DNA from: an uncultured Eubacteriales bacterium
GTDB lineage: Bacteria > Bacillota > Sulfobacillia > Fermentithermobacillales > Fermentithermobacillaceae
Direction of reading: 5' to 3'
Assembly: GCA_964414105.1 (NCBI GenBank)
Contig: CAYPVF010000001.1
Location: 1-43,377 of the forward strand
Length of the DNA: 43,377 nt
The notes below the pieces were generated by a model. The model worked only from the letters and a program-made list of their open reading frames with translations, searched no databases and was not told the origin of the DNA. This document shows, one piece after another, positions 37,417 to 43,377 of this stretch. Within the stretch, counting starts at the first letter, position 1. Each line of letters starts with the position of its first letter. The translations under genes were made by a program, and so were the position numbers.

Positions 37417-38439
37417 TTAACCGCCTATGAGCCTGAAACCCGCCGGAATGGGATCTTCGGGGTCAAGCACCAGTTGGTTAAAACCGGTGATAAACGCCCT
37501 TCCGGATACTTCAGGAACCACAGCCGAAATTCCTGCAACTTGGGTATGATTTATGATCCTGCCCGTCATTTTGGTGTCGATGATAGACAGGTTTTCCAAG
37601 GTGTCATTATCGCCCATAATCCCTTTTCGGCTACAAAGTGCTACCCTTCCCCCTGTTCCTGTGCCGGTGGGGGATCTGTCGATCTGCCCTTCGGCAAATA
37701 TGCAAATGTTTTTGCTTTTTAGTACATTACCGTGTCTTGCAACAGGGTCCGTAATTATGGTTCCGTAAATACCGTTTAAGCCGGGTTCCAGGGGGTGGAC
37801 TATTTCCATGTTCTCCATGACCTTGTACTTTATCTCCATACCTTTTTTGACCAATTCCTCTACGTTTTCGGTTCGAAGCGCGACGCCTATCTTTTGGGCA
37901 TCCACATAAACGTAGAAAGCACCGCAAAAACCCACATCGCACAAAACGGGTCCGATTCCATCCACGTCTACGACTATATCTTCCTTAAGGACAAATGAAG
38001 GAACATTTGCAAAGCGAACATTTTCAACTTTTCCGTCCTTAACGCTCGCATAGGCGGTAATGCGTCCGGCGGGAGAGTCGATTTTGAGTACGTTCTCACC
38101 GGGATGGCTCTCCACCATGCCCGTCTGAAAGACTACAGTGGTAATGCCGATGGTGGCATGCCCGCACATAGTACTGAGCCCCTCATTATGGGTGAACAAC
38201 ACCCCAATATCCCCGTCGTCGGTAACGGGCGGGACGATTATACATCCGTACATCCCCGCGTGTCCCCGGGGCTCAAACATGAGCATTGTTCGGATGTGAT
38301 CGTAATGCTTCAGCACATATTCGCGCTTTTCTAGAATTGTGTTACCGGGAATCGGGGGGAAGCCCGAGGTAACAATTCTCGTAGGCTCTCCGCCTGTGTG
38401 AGAATCGATGCAGGTGATCATTCTTTCAAAAGTCATCAA
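37417..38439 (-). CDS. Proline racemase superfamily enzyme with Cys/Thr catalytic pair, probably trans-3-hydroxy-L-proline dehydratase
   Basis: 340 aa. DSHTGGEPTR, STMCGH (Cys92) and DRSPTGTGT (Thr258, codon ACC at 37666-37668) in place of the DRSPCGTG seen in racemases and epimerases. Confidence 0.7.
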   Translation of the reverse strand: MMTFERMITCIDSHTGGEPTRIVTSGFPPIPGNTILEKREYVLKHYDHIRTMLMFEPRGHAGMYGCIIVPPVTDDGDIGVLFTHNEGLSTMCGHATIGITTVVFQTGMVESHPGENVLKIDSPAGRITAYASVKDGKVENVRFANVPSFVLKEDIVVDVDGIGPVLCDVGFCGAFYVYVDAQKIGVALRTENVEELVKKGMEIKYKVMENMEIVHPLEPGLNGIYGTIITDPVARHGNVLKSKNICIFAEGQIDRSPTGTGTGGRVALCSRKGIMGDNDTLENLSIIDTKMTGRIINHTQVAGISAVVPEVSGRAFITGFNQLVLDPEDPIPAGFRLIGG

Positions 38440-38478
38440 GCCAGTCTACCTTCCCTTCGTAAAATAAAGAATGAAAGC

Positions 38479-39456
38479 TTATATCGAGACTTCTTGCCCT
38501 AAGCCTTTGGCCAAAGCATTTTTGTATATCAGTTGCGACACGACCAGGTCGAAAATGGCCATGCCAACAGATTTAACAAAAGTAGTGTTTCCGTCTTTTT
38601 GTACCTGTCCGGAATTTTGGAGTAACATATGTCCAAAACTCTTCACTTGCTCCTGCCGCAAAAGCCCCTTGGAGAGGGGATAAACAAGGTCTCCCGTTTC
38701 TTCTTTGGCGTGCATGGTATCAACATATACTGTATCCACAAGGCCGAATAGGGCGTCGGGGTATTCCCGCATGGAAGGTTTGTAGGAGCCTATCCCCACG
38801 AAATGTCTCCCTCTTAATAAACAAGCGTCATCGGGTAAAACAGGCTGGTTGGAAGTGGTCGCGGTCACAATGATTTGTGATTCCATCAGCAGCTGTTCTA
38901 CGGACGCGGCTTCCCCTATTTCCACGTTTTCCAGCTGTTTTTCTAGAGCCGCGACAAAGGCAGGAAGTTTTTGTCGGTGCATATCGAAAACCAGAACTTT
39001 TCGCACAGGCCGCGCTTGGCAAGCAAACACAGCTTGGTAGTAACCTTGTGTGCCCGCACCCACTATTCCTAGGGAGGACGCGGCTTTTGGGGCGGTGTGC
39101 CGAACTGCCACACCGCCTACGGCGCCTGTGCGCATGGCGGTGAGGGATTTGCCATCGATTAAAGCGATTGGTTTCCCTGTTTCGAGATCGTTCAATAACA
39201 TTACCCCGTCGATAGCAGGAAGCCCTTTCTTGGTATTTTCAGGGAAAACGGTTAAGATTTTGGTCCCAAAAAGGTCTTGTACAAAACAGGGCATGTATAG
39301 AAGGGTTTTTTGGCCATGGTCCACATGTATGCGGGGGGGCATAAATACGGCTTTTCTCTCGTATACACGATATGCTTCTTCAATATAGTCCATGGCTTCT
39401 TCATACGACACCGCTTTTTCTACCGCGCTGCTATTCAATATGAGCAATGGCATCAT
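38479..39456 (-). CDS. Ornithine cyclodeaminase/mu-crystallin family protein, probably Delta1-pyrroline-2-carboxylate reductase
   Basis: 325 aa with the OCD/mu-crystallin layout (GIVGAGTQG Rossmann motif). It lies immediately upstream of, and co-oriented with, the Cys/Thr proline-racemase-family gene. Confidence 0.65.
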   Translation of the reverse strand: MMPLLILNSSAVEKAVSYEEAMDYIEEAYRVYERKAVFMPPRIHVDHGQKTLLYMPCFVQDLFGTKILTVFPENTKKGLPAIDGVMLLNDLETGKPIALIDGKSLTAMRTGAVGGVAVRHTAPKAASSLGIVGAGTQGYYQAVFACQARPVRKVLVFDMHRQKLPAFVAALEKQLENVEIGEAASVEQLLMESQIIVTATTSNQPVLPDDACLLRGRHFVGIGSYKPSMREYPDALFGLVDTVYVDTMHAKEETGDLVYPLSKGLLRQEQVKSFGHMLLQNSGQVQKDGNTTFVKSVGMAIFDLVVSQLIYKNALAKGLGQEVSI

Positions 39457-39682
39457 CCCTCTTTGTCTTGTAAAAAGCGACGTTTCATCAACCGGAATGT
39501 CTATGGATTCCTATTTGACGTTTGGGAATGCATTACCTTCTTACGGTATTTGCCTAGCTTTTGGGCCGCCTTCAGACAGTCTTTGGGATTTCACCCCTTA
39601 TCAGCAGGATACTGATATAGTTATGTTGAAGTCATATGATTAGATATTGTTCGATGTTCGATAATTTCGGGGGTGGAGATGT

Positions 39683-40963
39683 ATGGCTGTTCAAAACGTA
39701 GTTGACGAATTAGCGCGTGTTATAGGGCGACCGATCACTGTTGAAGACGCGGAAGGACGCCTAATTGCATATTCGATTCATGACGAACCGGTGGATACGG
39801 TCAGAATGGAAACCTTACTTCGAAAAGGGGCGTCTTCTGCCACGATTGAAGCTTTGAAAAAAAGGGGCGTGTACCGCAACATCAATTCGGCGCCCGGCAT
39901 TGTAAGGGTTCCTGCTATACCTGAGATAGGTTTTACCTCACGTATTTGCGCCGCCATTAGGGGCGGGGCGCGGGTTTTGGGATACCTGTGGGTTGTTGAC
40001 GAAAGCCCGACGGTTCCTACGTATATAGAAGAAAGCCTGAGACAGACTTGTAAGATTTTGGCTTCGGAGCTTTTGGATAAAGGGTCTGTAGCCAAAGAAA
40101 AACAACAGTTTGAATTCGTAAAAGACGTGATTGAAGGCACAGAAAGCGATCAAAGCGCTCTGTATCTTCGCGCCAAGGCGTTGGGCTGGTACCCGGAGTT
40201 GCCTTTCCAAACCATCATAGTTCGGGTAAGAAGCATGGCAAAACCCGATACTAGAGGACTTCTTACCAAAGAAATAGAATCTTATCTTCGTAAGTCTGGA
40301 GCTTTCTGGCTAAAAAGTTCTGATAAGGACGAAGACGTCATCATATTAGGCGGGGCGTGGATAGGCCCGGCATCGTCTTTGGCCAAGCACCTAGAGGAGA
40401 AAGTGCAAGATTACGCCAACGGCGCCGTAGGCGTGGGTACTTGCGGTGATGTCCTTTCGCATCTTAGGAAAAGCTATGAGGAAGCTTCGGCTGCTATAGG
40501 ATTGGGGGCTCGTTTGAACCTTAGAGGCCCGTGTCATGATTACAGTTCCCTTGCCCCGTATGAGCTTGTATCGTGTATGGCGCACTGCAAAAAGGTTGGA
40601 GATTTCGGTCGTAATTTAGTGGAAAAAGTCATCGCATACGATGCTCTTCGAGACGGCGACCTGTTCGTCACGTTAGAAGCGTATTTGGATTTGTACGGCA
40701 AAAGAAAAGCTGCCGCGAAAAAACTTAACATCCATCCAAATACTCTTGACTACAGAGTTAAAAGACTGAAAGAGATTACACGGGTGGATTTCGATGATCC
40801 AAGCGTAAGGCTTGTGATGCATGTCTGGGTAAAGGCGCTTAGAGCCGCCAAGGTATCCCAAGATATTACCAAAATGGAGGTGGGCTATAGAGACACAAAT
40901 CCTGCGTCGGAGGGTGTGACAGCCTCGTTTGTCAGTGGCAGGGACAGAATGTGGAAGGAGTGA
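39683..40963 (+). CDS. PucR family transcriptional regulator
   Basis: 426 aa. C-terminal PucR-type HTH AAAKKLNIHPNTLDYRVKRLKEIT. Divergent from the Hyp genes. ATG follows GGTGGAG. Confidence 0.8.
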   Translation: MAVQNVVDELARVIGRPITVEDAEGRLIAYSIHDEPVDTVRMETLLRKGASSATIEALKKRGVYRNINSAPGIVRVPAIPEIGFTSRICAAIRGGARVLGYLWVVDESPTVPTYIEESLRQTCKILASELLDKGSVAKEKQQFEFVKDVIEGTESDQSALYLRAKALGWYPELPFQTIIVRVRSMAKPDTRGLLTKEIESYLRKSGAFWLKSSDKDEDVIILGGAWIGPASSLAKHLEEKVQDYANGAVGVGTCGDVLSHLRKSYEEASAAIGLGARLNLRGPCHDYSSLAPYELVSCMAHCKKVGDFGRNLVEKVIAYDALRDGDLFVTLEAYLDLYGKRKAAAKKLNIHPNTLDYRVKRLKEITRVDFDDPSVRLVMHVWVKALRAAKVSQDITKMEVGYRDTNPASEGVTASFVSGRDRMWKE

Positions 40964-40968
40964 AAACG

Positions 40969-42153
40969 GTGGAGTATCGAATTTCTGCACAAGAGTATAA
41001 AAGACGGACCGATTTGGTACTGGATTCCATGAGACAAAACAATCTGGACGTTTTTATCTTCTGGAACCCAACAAGCGTTTTGTACCTGACCGGATTTGCG
41101 TTCATCGCTACGGAAAGACCTATCGGGCTCATTCTGGGTAAAGACGGCAAGAAAACGATGTACGTTCCCAGGCTTGAAGTGGAACATGTGGGCGGGTTAG
41201 CTGAAGTCTCTGATGTCAAGCATTATGACGAATATATCGGCCCAAAACATCCCATGCTTATTTTGGCGGAGCTTCTTGAAGAAATGGGGCTTTCCAAGGC
41301 CAGGATTGGTTCAGACGCGGCCGGGTACGGTTCTTCTTGGGGTTACGCCGGTCCCAGTTTATCTCAAGTGCTGCCTCACGCCACGATTGTTGTGGACGCA
41401 GAGTTGGTACCCACGCTTAGGGTTGTAAAGTCCGAAGAAGAAATCAGGCTTATAAGGCAAAGCGCCACGTGGGGAAACCTTGCCCACGCGCTTTTGCAGG
41501 AATACTCGTTGCCGGGTTGTACCGAGAACGAAATTTCCATGAGAGCATCCATGGAAGCCACTTTGGCTATGATTAAAACCTTGGGCAGCACTTACTCGCC
41601 CTTGGGCGGTGCAGGCGCCTCGGCAGGTTTCCGCGGGCAAATCGGCGCTAACTCGGCGCTGCCTCACGCCATTACTATCAATGCTGTGCTTCGTCCCGGC
41701 GACGTACTAGTTACAGGCGCCGGCGCTTCGGTAGCAGGTTACGACAGCGAACTGGAACGCACCATGTTTGTGGGCGAGCCTAGTTCCGAACAGAAGCGGT
41801 ATTTCAACCACATGATGGCGCTTATGGAAATAGCATTCGAGCACATGAAACCGGGCAACAAATGCAGCGATGTGGACAACGCCTGCAGGGCTTACTACGA
41901 GAAGAATAATCTTTGGGAGCACTGGCGGCACCATACCGGGCACTGCCTTGGTATGTTAGGCCACGAAGCGCCTTTTCTTGATTCGGGCGACCATTCATTG
42001 CTTCGTCCGGGCATGGTGTTTAGTATCGAACCAGGAATATACGTCCCCGGTTTCGGAGGGTTTAGGCACTCTGACACCGTACTTATAACCGAAACAGGCA
42101 TGGATTTCATTACCTACTATCCAAGAGAGATAAACGATCTTATTTGCGGATAG
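40969..42153 (+). CDS. M24 family Xaa-Pro dipeptidase (prolidase/creatinase fold)
   Basis: Creatinase-N-like N-terminus. The pita-bread metal ligands lie in the GYDSELERT, HHTGHCLGMLGHE, SIEPGIY and DTVLITETG regions. GTG 40969 lies 8 nt after GGAAGGAG; the ORF-track start is 40951. Confidence 0.8.
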   Translation: MEYRISAQEYKRRTDLVLDSMRQNNLDVFIFWNPTSVLYLTGFAFIATERPIGLILGKDGKKTMYVPRLEVEHVGGLAEVSDVKHYDEYIGPKHPMLILAELLEEMGLSKARIGSDAAGYGSSWGYAGPSLSQVLPHATIVVDAELVPTLRVVKSEEEIRLIRQSATWGNLAHALLQEYSLPGCTENEISMRASMEATLAMIKTLGSTYSPLGGAGASAGFRGQIGANSALPHAITINAVLRPGDVLVTGAGASVAGYDSELERTMFVGEPSSEQKRYFNHMMALMEIAFEHMKPGNKCSDVDNACRAYYEKNNLWEHWRHHTGHCLGMLGHEAPFLDSGDHSLLRPGMVFSIEPGIYVPGFGGFRHSDTVLITETGMDFITYYPREINDLICG

Positions 42154-42172
42154 GAAAGGGGCGGCTACAATA

Positions 42173-43377
42173 TTGACAGCACAAAACGATCTAAACAACA
42201 CTTACAGACAACTAGACGCAAGAATTGCTGACGAAATATTCAAACAGTCTTCCGGTCAAGGTTACGAAACAGTGGCAGTAGTACCTTCGGTGGAATCAAA
42301 AGAACAGTCAAGAACTGTTTTCCAGAATCTACTGAAGGAAGCCAATGCTTTGGAGGCTCCGGACGCTGTATTCTCACTTGTTAAAGGCCATATGGTTGAG
42401 TTTTTGCAGGGGCGTCTTTCGGGCATAGATTCATCATATCTGCATCTGAACAGGTTCGTAGGATCTCAAACCCGTTTGGTGGACTTTCTGACCCGCACTG
42501 ATTCAAGACCGGCAGGCGAAAGGCTCAAAGTTCTGGAGGCCAGGTTCGGCCAAATGGACGATGTTTGGGGCGGCGTCAAGAAGCTTTTGGGTGGCGTGCC
42601 CGCTGACAAAGTCAAAGAAGTCGCCAAGGCGTGCGAAGTGTTGGATACTGTGTCAACTTCGGCCATAGCCAACATAGACGAAGGCTACAAAGAGCTCAGC
42701 GCCTCGGATAAGGAAAAGCTCTCCAAAGGGCTTTCTGATCTGGTTTCCAAATCGCGCCAGTGGAAGGCCGAGGCTGAGAAGGAAGCGGCGTCTCGAGGCG
42801 AGGTATCTTCGGCTCCCGAAGCGCCCGCCGAGTCTTTGGAAGACCAAAGGAAGCGTTATGAGCAAATACTTAAGGAAGAGTGCGGCGTAAGCCTGGATGA
42901 ACTTCTCAAGTGGCACGAAGAAGAGATGGCAAAGACAAGAGCAGAACTCGTTGAAACCGCCGTAAAAACGGGTTTGCAGCCTGTCAAATCTCAAAACGAC
43001 GCTTTCGAGATTCTTAACAAATATGGCGGGCCCTATGACACTGTAGAAGAAATGTTTAGTCACATGGAAGATTATGTAGCCGTCGCAAGGGCAGCCACCA
43101 GAGATGGGTATGTCGATCTTCCTGAAGAAAGCTGTCTGGTCATTCCCACCGCGGAACAAACGAAAGACGACTTTCCGTGGGGAGGTTACGGCGGCGGCGA
43201 CGCGAAGCAAAGGCCAATGGTTGGCCACGTTTTCCTAAACGACAGCAACTATACAGCAGTGACAGACGGCTGGCTTAAAATGATGGCTATTCACGAGTGC
43301 TATCCGGGCCATCACGCTCAATGGGTCAGAAGCACTTTGGACACACTTCCCGAGACTGTTAAACTTGGTTCCAGGGG
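42173..43377 (+). CDS. DUF885 family protein (putative metallopeptidase-like), 3'-truncated by the window edge
   Basis: Not in the supplied ORF track because it has no stop in the window. I translated 42173 to the end by hand: about 401 codons with no stop, ending ...MMAIHECYPGHHAQWVRS, which matches the DUF885 HExxPGHH signature. TTG follows AAGGGGCGG. Confidence 0.7.
   Translation, partial: MTAQNDLNNTYRQLDARIADEIFKQSSGQGYETVAVVPSVESKEQSRTVFQNLLKEANALEAPDAVFSLVKGHMVEFLQGRLSGIDSSYLHLNRFVGSQTRLVDFLTRTDSRPAGERLKVLEARFGQMDDVWGGVKKLLGGVPADKVKEVAKACEVLDTVSTSAIANIDEGYKELSASDKEKLSKGLSDLVSKSRQWKAEAEKEAASRGEVSSAPEAPAESLEDQRKRYEQILKEECGVSLDELLKWHEEEMAKTRAELVETAVKTGLQPVKSQNDAFEILNKYGGPYDTVEEMFSHMEDYVAVARAATRDGYVDLPEESCLVIPTAEQTKDDFPWGGYGGGDAKQRPMVGHVFLNDSNYTAVTDGWLKMMAIHECYPGHHAQWVRSTLDTLPETVKLGSR

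Noticed and set aside
42653-43228. 191-aa minus-strand ORF (the only track entry in this region)
   Set aside because: It is antisense to the open DUF885 frame, which carries a recognisable signature motif. The minus-strand translation is Arg/Phe/Leu-rich and featureless.
1-43377. Scan for tRNA/rRNA genes, IS/transposase, integrase, phage, toxin-antitoxin or defence-system genes
   Set aside because: No ORF had transposase, integrase, nuclease or defence signatures. No intergenic region is long enough or shows cloverleaf or rRNA-like features. The window looks like core or metabolic chromosome.

Overview
This 43.4-kb window looks chromosomal and holds about 40 protein-coding genes. I saw no rRNA, tRNA, CRISPR array, IS element or integrase. 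All calls come from motif and family recognition by eye; no searches were run. Strong GGAGG-type Shine-Dalgarno sites, many GTG/TTG starts, a glycyl-radical enzyme and DUF134/DUF5320/Mrp genes suggest an anaerobic, Gram-positive-type (Bacillota-like) peptide fermenter (inference). Gene order: NodB-type deacetylase (partial), purC, and an M28 peptidase. Next comes a long minus-strand string: DUF5320, DUF134, Mrp/NBP35, class II aldolase, LOG/TIGR00725-like protein, tldD, pmbA. Then pepF, a YtcJ-like amidohydrolase, and a five-component Opp/Dpp-type peptide ABC transporter with fused double ATPase. A minus-strand module follows (tandem P-II protein, DUF1538-P-II fusion, small membrane protein). 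Then hemolysin-III/TrhA, pncA, pntAA-pntAB-pntB, an AKR-ferredoxin fusion, ddh, an L,D-transpeptidase, mntR and leuS. The window ends with a hydroxyproline/proline-peptide locus: GRE activase plus HypD-like glycyl-radical dehydratase, ppnP, a Cys/Thr proline-racemase-family enzyme, an OCD/mu-crystallin reductase, a PucR regulator, an M24 prolidase and DUF885 (runs off the window). The stand-out observation is pntB. It encodes an 833-aa beta subunit whose NADP(H)-binding dIII domain is present three times in tandem (about 549-nt units). All copies are in frame, keep their motifs and diverge mostly at synonymous sites. Secondary candidates are the three-P-II-domain/DUF1538 membrane module, the uncharacterised DUF134/DUF5320/Mrp cluster with Arg/Gly-rich tails, and the combination of 4-Hyp and 3-Hyp routes in one locus.
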